From a virus (taxonomy: Duplodnaviria > Caudoviricetes): a stretch of 64,000 nt of DNA. The position numbers and the translations under genes were made by a program. Shown piece by piece: positions 55,801-64,000 of this stretch; position 1 is the stretch's first letter; every line of letters begins with the position of its first letter. Under the pieces are notes generated by a model. The model was not told the DNA's origin and did not search any database. It saw nothing but the letters and a program-made list of their open reading frames with translations. The stretch lies in IMG/VR virus record IMGVR_UViG_3300037471_000178, positions 1,212 to 65,211 of that record; one strand, given 5' to 3'.

Positions 55801-58800
55801 CCGAGCTTCGCAAGGAAGCCGAGGATGCCAACGTCAACCCGAAGGCGGGCTACTGGCGCGGCAAGGTGTACGTCATCGCCAGCAACCATTCCTCGCTTGG
55901 CGACGTGGCAGCTTCCATCCTGCACGAGATCACCGGCCATCACGGACTGGACGCGCTGCTTGGCGACTCCAAGAAAACCGTGATGAATCAGATTTACAAC
56001 GGCAACCCCGAAATCCGCAAGGCCGCTGACGCGATGATGGCGCAGGAAGGTCTGGACAAGGAAACCGCCGTGGAGGAAGTGCTGGCAGACATGGCCGAGA
56101 AGGGCCGCGTCAAGCCGAGCGTTCTGGAGAAGATTGGCAACGTCATCCGTGCCGGTCTGCGCAAGATCGGTCTGGGCAGCATCGCCTCCGGCGTGACCAA
56201 CGGCGAAGTGAAAGAGATTCTGGCGAACGCTCGCAAGGCAGTCGAACAGGGTACGGAAGCTGCACCGTCCGACAAGGCGGTGTACCGGCAGGAAGCCAAG
56301 CCATCGCTGGACGACATTCCGGAACCGAAGGCTGGCACGTTCCTCGACCGGATGAAGGACACCTTCGGAGGTCTTGGCACCAAGCCAGCCGTGCTTGGCT
56401 TCATGACTCTGCGCCAACTGGTTGACCGCTTCGGCGGTTCCGTCCCGGCGCTGAAGCGGCTTGCCGACGCACAGATCAAAATGTCCTCGATGGCCAAGCA
56501 CCTGCAAGGCGAAATCGAAGGCATCGACCGTGGATTCGAGAAGCTGTCGGACAAGGAATCGCTGGACCTGTCCAAGCTGATGATCGACGCGACGATGGCA
56601 CGGATGCACCCGGACATGGCGTTTGACGCCGACGAGAACAGCCATCTGGATCGTGCGCTGCGCGACGATCATCAGGCGCTTGCGGACCGTTATAACAACA
56701 TGCCCAAGCACATGAAGGAGCTGTACCAGCAGACCAAGGCCAAGTTTGAGTCTGACTGGAAAAAGACCAACGACCTGATCCGCTCAGCCATCATCGACCA
56801 GTATCGTGCCGAAATGACCGAGCGCGGCATGGACGCCGACAAGATTTCGGAAATCAAAAAGACCGAAGACCGCGTGGCGTTCAAGAAAACGCTGAAGACT
56901 ATCTCGGATCGTCGGCTGGCGTCGCACCTGTGGGATGACATGGATCAGCATGCATACCAGCTCTCGCAGATGCAGGGTCCGTACTTCCCGCTGATGCGCT
57001 TCGGCCAGCATGCGGTGGTTGCCAAGTCCCTCGGCCTGCGCAACGCGCAGGAAAGTCTGGACCGGGCGCGTGAGGCTCTGGCTGACCTGTACCGTCAGGA
57101 CGATGACACCTACGACAAGAAGGAACTGGCTGACCGTCGCAAGGCTGTCACCGATGCGCAAGCCGCGCTCAATGCGTACAAGCGCGACAGCAAGCAGTAC
57201 CTTGTCGAGTTCTACGAGAGCCAAGCGGAAGCCGACGCTCGCGTGAAGCAGATCAAGGAACACTTCGGCGACGACCCGAGCATGCAGGTGGAGCGCAAGC
57301 TGCGTGAGGCGCACTTCCGCGAACTGGACTCGGCACCGTATGGCTTCATGAAGAAGCTTGAGGAAGAAATCGCTGCCAACCTGCCGACCAAGGATTCGTC
57401 CGCGATCAAGCAGGCCGTGCGCGATCTGTACATTCGCCAGATGCCGGAACAGGCTGCACTCAAGCAGCAGCTCAAGCGCCTGAACGTGGCGGGTGTGAAG
57501 GCTGGCGAAATGCGCCGCGCTGTTATCAGCGCCGGTCTGCGGAACTCGTTCAACATTTCCCGCATGTCGTACGGCAGCGAGTACAACGCGGCGCTGGATG
57601 AACTGCGCCACGGCGATACCGACGAAGCCAAGCTACTCGGTGAGGAAATGGCGAAGCGCACGATGCAGCTTATGGCTCCGTCCTCGCAGAACAGCATCAT
57701 CAACGGGCTGTCGAACATCAGCTACGTGGTGAACCTCGGTCTGTCGCCATCGTTCCTCGCGCTGAACCTGTTGCAGCCGTGGACCGTATCGGCCCCGATC
57801 ATGGCGGCGCGTCACGGCCTGCTCCCGTCCGGCAATGCGCTGATGCGGGCAACCGGCGAAGTGGCAAAGGCGATGGCAAAGTCGTACAAGCAGGACGGTC
57901 TGAAGTTTGAACTGGACCTGAATCTGTTCAAGGACGATGAGCAGCGCATGCTCAAGGAACTGCTGGATCGCGGCGTTATCGACGTGACGCAGGACTACGA
58001 TCTTCGCGCTGCTGCCGCTGGTCAGACCGAAGGCATCACCGACAAGATGGCGAAGATTTCTTCGCTCCCGGCGCACCACACGGAAATCGTCAACCGGGTA
58101 GCCACCGCGCTAGCCGCGTACCGCCTTGAGAAATTATTGGATGCCAAAAACGGCACTAATTTCGCCACGCAGTATGCGGAGAAGGTTGTGGCCGACACCC
58201 ACCTTGACTACACCGCAGAGAATGCGCCGCGCCTGATGCAAGGCTCCAACGCTGGCGGTCTGGGTAAGCTGTTCTGGCAGTTCAAGAAGTACCAGCAGGG
58301 CATGATTTACCTGAACTTCAAGCTCATCAAGGATGCGATTGCGGAAGGTACGCTGACCGGCGAATCGGCCAAGGGCGCGATGTACCTGACGGGTGCGAAC
58401 CTTGCCATCGCTGGTGCGGTCGGAACCCCGCTGACGGCCCTAGCCTCGCTAGCCATGACCATCGCTGGCGCGTTCGGTCCGGATGACAAGGACAAGGAAT
58501 ACAAGCAGCAGTTCTACGCGGGCCTGAAGGATTCGCTTGGCGAGACTGCGGCGCGGCTGATCATGAAGGGCGCACCCGCTGCCTTCCTCAACATCGACGT
58601 ATCGGATCGTGCCGGTATGGGCGATATCCTGAACCCGCTGAAGTTTGCGCGTCAGGGCAACCATGGACAGGATACCGTCGCCAACTCGCTGTTCGCGCTG
58701 GCTGGCCCGACCGCTTCGCTGGCTGCGAACTGGTACGACGGTATCGACGCGCTAATGCACGGCAAGCCGATGGATGCTGCCCGCGTCGTGGCTCCGCGCT

Positions 58801-59243
58801 TCATGCAAGGTCCGATTGATGCGTACCGCATGGCTGACCAAGGCTTGCAGACGCAGCGCGGCAACACGTACATGAAGCCGGAAGACCTGTCGGCGTGGGA
58901 CATTGCTAGCAAGGCGCTCACCTTCAAGTCGGCTGACGTAGCCGATCTGCAAGACTCGCGCCGTGCGCTGGACAATGCATCGCATGCTCGGGATGCAGCG
59001 CGGCACGAACTCATCAACGAGTACGCCAAGACCAGCTTGCAGGGCGGGGACATGGATGCGATCCGGCAGAAGATCGCGGAGTTCAACGAGCGGCATCAGG
59101 GCGAGCGCGGTGTGGTGATCAACCAGTCGGCGCTGCTCAAGGCGCGGCAGTCGCAGAAGCAGTACGAGCGCGACTTGCGTAACGGGGTGCGGGTAACAAA
59201 GCAGAACCGCGCTCTGGCCGATGAACTCGGTATCCGCAAATGA
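52818..59243 (+). CDS. Giant internal virion / polyvalent protein with N-terminal lytic transglycosylase
   Basis: VESGGNPNAVSPQGASGSMQIMP.TF (SLT); ILHEITGHHGL zincin-like motif; helical LPD38-like C-terminus. Confidence 0.85.
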   Translation: MASITDIINGYFDNRPDPAAAPAPMPGNTGNAATDLMDRLVGAIRNVESGGNPNAVSPQGASGSMQIMPGTFRQYAMPGESYYNDEHRTAAAIRKIKDDWNYFNGDPMKVAAAYIGGRGAVLPDGTIKDSVRDAHGTSPAMYARMVAGRMQYDPSQGAAGQLPSSEPMPADYSDIANSVLNAGAKAIGGLPPPPPPKTGLMRRLGDTGIDLAKGAVDAGSAVTGLARLIPGVGTVLDAAGYDPEATNQIFSRGYSPARTAAEQEVAQAGFQREGTGFWNEAGGAIGDLLQHPSVAFGRGVEALPSMMLGATGARAAAMRGVTNVGALKTLGAIGEGAVSAGQTATQIAQSNPDGNVYAAIPAGVLTGLISRGAAAIPGFGDAKTAVMTGVGAAGATGGLLRRVGKGMISEGILQEAPQSAQEQMWQNIGTGDPLMKGVGAQAGQGLALGVMLGGMEGAMHKNHGMPNQTGGEAQEQAAPVLAQDSTGQMNLLSPNDMPAQPTQVMRPADAVAGPLPEGVRTPAQMDLFGAPQMMSNPAQMELPFDERRAAAPQAPATSAQLELPLNPPARDIMAPEHAADQLAQAKEQGAIERLDQAQGNVVTPQLAQQQDQIAGTLHEASNQPQVQTPQIEIPGQVQPGAGGVVASEKPKTIYEMQMEARRKASAGELLSQQEAVLLTLPVEPPHPNAKIEVPQAPNTKPAEPQQGEMFGKVLDQQPGQIPTNQGNVPVEGKQPGQAEMFDQRGNPTYAAEQTADPKAIAEQFGKEFRIKVTDRRMPIMAQIGRALNDNKISFDDATHLAEAVRAGKLKFAETSLASSLAENVPQAKPGTNAVMTEGQNPEAPAEAPQSIMGTPLEDAHAKNYEVTNGSIQDANIHELYAAAEEGDHPTFSVNDAEKELARRYSDQSGNIPEQDQRVAERYFNMNFPEARAREAYLRQLAHEREGAKGMASWREGEKGEGVSASAAKAVADAMTNKWKNAPQVEVVESRDDFPPELRKEAEDANVNPKAGYWRGKVYVIASNHSSLGDVAASILHEITGHHGLDALLGDSKKTVMNQIYNGNPEIRKAADAMMAQEGLDKETAVEEVLADMAEKGRVKPSVLEKIGNVIRAGLRKIGLGSIASGVTNGEVKEILANARKAVEQGTEAAPSDKAVYRQEAKPSLDDIPEPKAGTFLDRMKDTFGGLGTKPAVLGFMTLRQLVDRFGGSVPALKRLADAQIKMSSMAKHLQGEIEGIDRGFEKLSDKESLDLSKLMIDATMARMHPDMAFDADENSHLDRALRDDHQALADRYNNMPKHMKELYQQTKAKFESDWKKTNDLIRSAIIDQYRAEMTERGMDADKISEIKKTEDRVAFKKTLKTISDRRLASHLWDDMDQHAYQLSQMQGPYFPLMRFGQHAVVAKSLGLRNAQESLDRAREALADLYRQDDDTYDKKELADRRKAVTDAQAALNAYKRDSKQYLVEFYESQAEADARVKQIKEHFGDDPSMQVERKLREAHFRELDSAPYGFMKKLEEEIAANLPTKDSSAIKQAVRDLYIRQMPEQAALKQQLKRLNVAGVKAGEMRRAVISAGLRNSFNISRMSYGSEYNAALDELRHGDTDEAKLLGEEMAKRTMQLMAPSSQNSIINGLSNISYVVNLGLSPSFLALNLLQPWTVSAPIMAARHGLLPSGNALMRATGEVAKAMAKSYKQDGLKFELDLNLFKDDEQRMLKELLDRGVIDVTQDYDLRAAAAGQTEGITDKMAKISSLPAHHTEIVNRVATALAAYRLEKLLDAKNGTNFATQYAEKVVADTHLDYTAENAPRLMQGSNAGGLGKLFWQFKKYQQGMIYLNFKLIKDAIAEGTLTGESAKGAMYLTGANLAIAGAVGTPLTALASLAMTIAGAFGPDDKDKEYKQQFYAGLKDSLGETAARLIMKGAPAAFLNIDVSDRAGMGDILNPLKFARQGNHGQDTVANSLFALAGPTASLAANWYDGIDALMHGKPMDAARVVAPRFMQGPIDAYRMADQGLQTQRGNTYMKPEDLSAWDIASKALTFKSADVADLQDSRRALDNASHARDAARHELINEYAKTSLQGGDMDAIRQKIAEFNERHQGERGVVINQSALLKARQSQKQYERDLRNGVRVTKQNRALADELGIRK
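54971..55003. repeat. 33-bp bipartite inverted repeat, copy 9 (intragenic)
   Basis: GGGACAAATCC-N11-GGAAATGTCCC. Confidence 0.85.
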
Positions 59244-59244
59244 G

Positions 59245-59275
59245 AAAAGGCCCGGATCGCTCCGGGCCTTCTTTA
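59245..59275. terminator. Bidirectional intrinsic terminator between convergent transcription units
   Basis: AAAAGGCCCGGA-tcgc-TCCGGGCCTTCTTT. Confidence 0.85.
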
Positions 59276-59286
59276 CTTAACGCCGG

Positions 59287-59574
59287 TTATGCGTCGTTGG
59301 TATTGCTGCCTTCCGGCATGTTCCTGCGCAGCGCATCGGCCCGTTTGAGAATCACATCGATGGCGTAAGGCGGTATCCCGGTTTCCTTGCTCAATTGCTG
59401 CAACGCCGCTACTGGCAAGCGCCATCCTGCGGCATCCTTTTCCAGCTCGGCAATGCGCTTCAGATGAGGCACGATCTCGTGCGCAATGCGTTCGCGGAGT
59501 TGCTGCGCTGCGTGAAAATCTACGGCAATGTCGCGTAGTTTATTGACCAGCGCGGCGATCTCGTTGTCTTTCAT
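59287..59574 (-). CDS. Hypothetical protein
   Basis: 95 aa with AAGGA RBS. Confidence 0.6.
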   Translation of the reverse strand: MKDNEIAALVNKLRDIAVDFHAAQQLRERIAHEIVPHLKRIAELEKDAAGWRLPVAALQQLSKETGIPPYAIDVILKRADALRRNMPEGSNTNDA

Positions 59575-59589
59575 TTTGTTAATCCTTTA

Positions 59590-59715
59590 TCAACGCAACA
59601 ACAGGACGCCCCCCGCGACTGCCGCGACAAACAACAGCAGCAGGATTACCAGTGCTGCCAATTTTTCTAGCAGTGTTTCCACGGGTGGGCATGACGGGTC
59701 GGGTAAGTCGTCCAT
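59590..59715 (-). CDS. 41 aa single-TM peptide
   Basis: Manual translation MDDLPDPSCPPVETLLEKLAALVILLLFVAAVAGGVLLLR. Confidence 0.45.
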   Translation of the reverse strand: MDDLPDPSCPPVETLLEKLAALVILLLLFVAAVAGGVLLLR

Positions 59716-59720
59716 ATTTA

Positions 59721-59918
59721 TTAAAGCTCCAGCTTGTCGATGCGGAACCCGATGCGGTTTTTCATGCCGCCAACGATTTCCCGCAGTTCCTTCGCCGTCA
59801 TATAGATTGAACCATTGAACAGGACGAACCTATCATCCGGCATCGGGTTGCCCTCGTTCTGCTTGGTCGAGGACTCAACCGAGTCCCACCACTGAATGAA
59901 GCGGGACTCGGCGTTCAT
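59721..59918 (-). CDS. Hypothetical protein
   Basis: 65 aa; ATGA overlap. Confidence 0.55.
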   Translation of the reverse strand: MNAESRFIQWWDSVESSTKQNEGNPMPDDRFVLFNGSIYMTAKELREIVGGMKNRIGFRIDKLEL

Positions 59919-60226
59919 GCTAGCTCCGGCTCATCGTGAACAGGGCAAACATACTCTACGCCGAAATCGTAGAACGGCCTGCCGAGCGCACCCAGACCTT
60001 TCTCGAATTCCTGATGCTTGCGCACATACGCCTCATACTCGGTGGCGCGGGCAAACGCCGCCTTGTGCGCCTCGCGTTCTGCCAAGCCGGTATCTACCGT
60101 GTGGATCGAATACCCGCGCACGATGGCGGTGTTCATCATGGTCAGTTCGCACATCACATGACCACCGTGCAAGACGGTGTATCGTGCGCTAACGATCTGC
60201 GCTGTCACTTCGTTGGGGTGTAGCAT
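59915..60226 (-). CDS. Hypothetical protein (Gp49/DUF2829-like)
   Basis: MCELTMMN.A.V.G.S...AEREAH..AF...YEAY. Confidence 0.55.
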   Translation of the reverse strand: MLHPNEVTAQIVSARYTVLHGGHVMCELTMMNTAIVRGYSIHTVDTGLAEREAHKAAFARATEYEAYVRKHQEFEKGLGALGRPFYDFGVEYVCPVHDEPELA

Positions 60227-63200
60227 GGTTGTCTCCCTCCGGCGCGGACGCCGATTCCTGCCTACTGAAATGAACGATGTTGTCCGGTGCTTCCCCTTCG
60301 GTCGGCATGGACACGCTGTTCAACCTGTTCAAGCTAAGTTCGATAACCTTGTGCCGCATGCTTGCGATCTTCGCCGGGTGAATCCCCGCCGTTATTACCT
60401 TCAGGTGCGGCATTGATACCAGCAGCCCTTCGTTCTTCCAGTCACGCAGCAGACTGCGCCAGTCGGTGCCGACTTCATTGCACCACTGCTGGAACTCCGA
60501 ATACACCACGTACACCTTGTTATCCGCGACAACGTAGCGACCCGCGATGGACTTCTGATCCAGCATGTGCAGGTTATGCACTTCGTCGTATTCATCGCTA
60601 GTGAACCCAGTACGACGGGTTTCGGTATTGGTACGGATAAAGCGCGGCATCAGCGTACGAATCATTTCCTCGGCGTGCTCGGCTGGCGTCGTGATGGTCT
60701 GATTCACATAGCCACGGATGGCACGGATAACGTCCGCAAACGCTGCGTCCATCACTTCCTCGTCCACCGGCAAGATGCCGACTTCCTTCATCACTTCCCC
60801 CGCCAGCTTCGCCGCTGCATAGATCGCTGCGAAATAACGCTCCGCTTGGGTCAGGCCAAACTGCTCCGTGACCTTGTGCTTGATCGCCGTGGCGCGGTCG
60901 CGCATCGCGTTCCAGTTCATCACACCGTAACGCCCGAGCAGCATGCCGAGCGCACCAGTCGCGGGAGTGACGATCTTCTCCATCGACTCCTCAAACCTGA
61001 CGCGATCCAGCTTTTCCGGATCAACCTTGTCGAAGTTAATCTCCAGCAAGCGCATCTGCTCGGCTTGGCTATGGTTGCGATGCTCAGTCAGGGCCAGCCG
61101 CAGAGAACGGTTGGATGACATGGTGGCAATCGAAGTCCACGATCCGGTGTAGGTTGCCGCGCTACCGTCGCGCTGCGCCCGCACCTTGTCCTTGCCAATG
61201 CTGATCTTGTGGATCATTTCGGACACTTCATCCGGCTTGTTGTTGGTCACTTCGTCAATGAAGTACGGCAGCGAACCACGGCTAGCCATGTGAACACCAA
61301 CCGCAATCGCCGAACCGCCCGAGCGACGATCACCGCCAGCCTTGTTCAGCTCCGAGTCGCCGTATGCCCGCATGATGGCGCGTTGCAGTGCGGTCTTACC
61401 GAAACCGGAACCCTGCGAATAGAACGACAGCACGAAGCCCATCCCCGGCATTTCCAGTCCAACCTGCGGAACCTCCTGCGTCACGAACGTCAGGTACGAG
61501 CTAGCCACGCCGATGTACCAACCAAGCGCGAACGGCGTCAGGCTGGCGTTGGATGCGTCGCCATACATCGCCTTGATGCCTTCGCAGTACTGGCGAGCTT
61601 TCGGCAGGATGACTTCGCTGTAGAAGTCGCCCTTGAAGTCGGGCAGATCATCGCTCGGGATGCCGGGAATTTCGTAGCCGCCTTTCAGGTTGCGCAGGGA
61701 ACCGGACAGGAAGCACCGCTCAGTAACACCATCGCTGTTCACCTTGTACGCACCCTGTACGTACACAGGCTCGTCGTTCAAAAACTGGAATCCGAAGCGA
61801 TGGCGGAACACATCGCCGTTCCGCTTCTGCCGTAGCATCGCCAGATTCGCCCGCGTGTATGCGTGAAGCATATTCATTACTTCCTTATGTTTTGCTGCGT
61901 CCTTAGCCATGATGCCGAGCCGGTTCATGAGCTTGCGGAAGTCGCGCTCCTCCGACAACGACTCGAATGTAACTTCGGTTTCCGTCCACATTGCTTTGTT
62001 TGCAAGGTGACTGTCGTAGTGTTCCAGATACACCAGCGTCACACTACCGCCGCTGACGAACTCGCGGACATAGAACGGCTGTTCTGTTAGCAGCAGCCTT
62101 TCGTAGCGCGTCACTTCGCCGCCTTCCACCTTAATCTTGCGCCGCACATAGCAACCAAGCACCATGCGGTTATGCGAACCCTTGCCGATAAAGAACGGCG
62201 ACTCCGTATTGAACGGCACTAGCTCGGTTGGCTTCAGCCACTTTTCCGGAATCTGCCCGACCGCTATCAGTTCTTCAGTGCAGTCATCTTTTGCAGCGTC
62301 CTTGAATGCGTCTTCTTTCTTGTCGGCGACAACTGCTTCTTCAGCCGAGAACGCGCCGCCTTCATCCTCGGCTTCTGCCTTTGGGCGCAGCTTTGCAATC
62401 TCGGCGTCCGTCGCCTTGCCAAGCGAGAACGGCGTCTTGATCTTTCCGAAGTGCTCACATGAGCGGCAGGCGTCGCACTCATCGCTAACGCGGTCGCATG
62501 TCGGCGGTCCACCCGTCAGCGATTCGATCTTGATGGTGACTTCTGCCGGGTCGAACTCCGGATGGCCGCTCGACCATTCCAGTGCGCCATCCACGCCTTC
62601 GATGCTAGCTTTGTACAGCGCCAGCATGTTCAGCCAGTCGGTGTACCCGACGTTGCCCTTCGCTGCCAGATTGTCGGCAACCCACTGGCACTTCTGCGCG
62701 ACCTTGGCGACCGACGATTCCACCTTCACCATCGGCGATGCCAGCACATCGGCGTTCACGCCCGAGCTAGCTTTTGGCGCGGCTGCGTCAGGGATTAGCT
62801 CATGCTGCACTGCCTTGAACGCGGCGCTGAATTCTTCCAGAGTCAGATCGCCCATCGACTTCAGCACCTTGACCACGGCACCGCTCGGGTGCAGACCACC
62901 TACCGGGCGCAGCACACGCGCCGAATCCTTGGTCACGGCGTTATCTACCTTCAGGCCGAAGGTCTTTGCCAGCCGGTCCAGCATGCGGGCGCACAGCAGC
63001 CACACGTCCATGCTCGGGAAGTCCCGGTCGAAGCAGTAGTAAATGTGCAAGCCTTCGCCGGAATCGACAATCAGCGAAGGGCGAAGATTAGACCATTTCG
63101 CAAAGTCAACGACGTGCGCAATTGCCTCCTGCTTCGTCGCATACACCTTCTTCGGGCCATGTTTTTCAAGCTTCTTAGCCCCGGCATCCAGATCGAGCCG

Positions 63201-63419
63201 AAGGGATTTCGCCGCAATAACATGCTCCTGCGTGCGGGAACCCTCGCTATCGAAAGACGTTGTGCCGAAGTACCAGTTCGCTTCGATGTACGCATGTTTT
63301 ATCGTTCCTTCAACAAGTTCCGCCAGTGTCTCGTACCACAGGTGTTGCTTACGCGGTCCCATCAGGACGTACCGCCCTACGGACGGCAGTATCCGCGTGT
63401 AAAACGAAAGGATATCCAC
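60189..63419 (-). CDS. Primase-helicase (AEP/RepB-like primase + Zn-binding region + DUF927-like helicase)
   Basis: LRLDLD, VDSGEGLHIYY, DSARVLRP.GG.H; Cys cluster; GSGFGKTA, YFIDEVTN. Confidence 0.82.
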   Translation of the reverse strand: MDILSFYTRILPSVGRYVLMGPRKQHLWYETLAELVEGTIKHAYIEANWYFGTTSFDSEGSRTQEHVIAAKSLRLDLDAGAKKLEKHGPKKVYATKQEAIAHVVDFAKWSNLRPSLIVDSGEGLHIYYCFDRDFPSMDVWLLCARMLDRLAKTFGLKVDNAVTKDSARVLRPVGGLHPSGAVVKVLKSMGDLTLEEFSAAFKAVQHELIPDAAAPKASSGVNADVLASPMVKVESSVAKVAQKCQWVADNLAAKGNVGYTDWLNMLALYKASIEGVDGALEWSSGHPEFDPAEVTIKIESLTGGPPTCDRVSDECDACRSCEHFGKIKTPFSLGKATDAEIAKLRPKAEAEDEGGAFSAEEAVVADKKEDAFKDAAKDDCTEELIAVGQIPEKWLKPTELVPFNTESPFFIGKGSHNRMVLGCYVRRKIKVEGGEVTRYERLLLTEQPFYVREFVSGGSVTLVYLEHYDSHLANKAMWTETEVTFESLSEERDFRKLMNRLGIMAKDAAKHKEVMNMLHAYTRANLAMLRQKRNGDVFRHRFGFQFLNDEPVYVQGAYKVNSDGVTERCFLSGSLRNLKGGYEIPGIPSDDLPDFKGDFYSEVILPKARQYCEGIKAMYGDASNASLTPFALGWYIGVASSYLTFVTQEVPQVGLEMPGMGFVLSFYSQGSGFGKTALQRAIMRAYGDSELNKAGGDRRSGGSAIAVGVHMASRGSLPYFIDEVTNNKPDEVSEMIHKISIGKDKVRAQRDGSAATYTGSWTSIATMSSNRSLRLALTEHRNHSQAEQMRLLEINFDKVDPEKLDRVRFEESMEKIVTPATGALGMLLGRYGVMNWNAMRDRATAIKHKVTEQFGLTQAERYFAAIYAAAKLAGEVMKEVGILPVDEEVMDAAFADVIRAIRGYVNQTITTPAEHAEEMIRTLMPRFIRTNTETRRTGFTSDEYDEVHNLHMLDQKSIAGRYVVADNKVYVVYSEFQQWCNEVGTDWRSLLRDWKNEGLLVSMPHLKVITAGIHPAKIASMRHKVIELSLNRLNSVSMPTEGEAPDNIVHFSRQESASAPEGDNHATPQRSDSADR

Positions 63420-63482
63420 GAATGCCCCTTGCGCTGAAAAGTTTTTATTCTCGGGTCAAAGTGTAAGTGAAGGCAATACCTT

Positions 63483-63746
63483 TCACATTACACCGTTGAC
63501 TCTTTCGTAAATGGTTTGTTTCCGTTCCTCACCTTTCAGCCGGGGTGATACCGGCAATGCGCCCTTCTCCACGCAGAGCTTGATGCGGAAGATCAGGTCG
63601 TCAATCTTATCTTTGTGCAACTTATGCGGGCTGAACTTGCCGCGCATCCACTTGTTCACCGTCAATCGTGACACGTTGGCAATCGCTGCCAGTTCGCCTT
63701 GGGTGATCCCGGCGTCACGCACCGGCTCAAACATATCAGGTTCCAT
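63483..63746 (-). CDS. XRE-like HTH transcriptional regulator
   Basis: AGITQGELAAIANVSRLTVNKWMRG. Confidence 0.82.
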   Translation of the reverse strand: MEPDMFEPVRDAGITQGELAAIANVSRLTVNKWMRGKFSPHKLHKDKIDDLIFRIKLCVEKGALPVSPRLKGEERKQTIYERVNGVM

Positions 63747-63759
63747 ATTTCCTCCGGGT

Positions 63760-63792
63760 GGGACAAATCCCCATCGACTGAGGATTTGTCCC
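63760..63792. repeat. 33-bp bipartite inverted repeat, copy 10 (upstream of HTH gene)
   Basis: GGGACAAATCC-N11-GGATTTGTCCC, about 14 bp before the HTH start codon. Confidence 0.88.
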
Positions 63793-63799
63793 GGTTAGC

Positions 63800-64000
63800 T
63801 TAGTCGTCCAGACCGCCAAGCAGGTTGTCGAGCTGACCGAGCAACCCATCAACGTCGGCGGGTTCTTCCTTTGGCGCTGCTGGCTTGGTGGCTTTCTTCA
63901 CCACTTCGGCCTGCTCCAGCGCCGCGTTGATTTCCGGCTCTGCCACCGCAGCCGGTTTCTTCGCTTCCTTCACCACGTTACGGGCGGCGATAGCAGCGTC
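63800..64000 (-). CDS. C-terminal end of probable ssDNA-binding protein (partial)
   Basis: Manual translation ...KPAAPKEEPADVDGLLGQLDNLLGGLDD*; A/K/P linker plus acidic tail; position next to primase. Confidence 0.6.
   Translation of the reverse strand, partial: DAAIAARNVVKEAKKPAAVAEPEINAALEQAEVVKKATKPAAPKEEPADVDGLLGQLDNLLGGLDD

Noticed and set aside
8565-63792. 33-bp repeats as a CRISPR array or MITE
   Set aside because: Dispersed rather than tandem, no spacers or cas genes, no target-site duplications or transposase seen.
1-64000. tRNA/rRNA genes, integrase, reverse transcriptase/DGR, base-modification enzymes
   Set aside because: No supporting motifs seen by inspection; tRNAscan and HMM searches would be needed to exclude them fully.

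Overview
The window is phage DNA from end to end and appears to cover almost the whole genome of a ~65 kb podovirus-like tailed phage of a Proteobacterium (Betaproteobacteria-like, inferred). No integrase, RNA polymerase, tRNA or CRISPR array was seen. Minus strand, 1-22.2 kb and 59.3-64 kb: replication genes (SNF2 helicase, VRR-NUC, PD-(D/E)XK nuclease, family A DNA polymerase, primase-helicase, probable SSB) and early accessory genes (TraR/DksA, MazG-like, DUF3310, amidoligase plus class II glutamine amidotransferase, HNH proteins, many small ORFs). Plus strand, 22.9-59.2 kb: terminase, portal, ThyX, scaffold, capsid, SGNH hydrolase, very large glycan-active tail proteins, lysis cassette and internal virion proteins. 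Main observations: (1) a phage gene with a complete PEP-CTERM exosortase sorting signal; (2) ten copies of a 33-bp bipartite inverted repeat GGGACA-N21-TGTCCC, one just upstream of an XRE-like HTH gene; (3) nine same-orientation copies of the 11-mer TCATGACTGCA, several at start codons of unrelated genes; (4) a GCTTAC(A) element in promoter spacers and in GTAAG-N17-CTTAC pairs flanking thyX; (5) a dense GCTAGC cluster at the early/late divergence. All family calls come from motif recognition by eye; no database searches were run.
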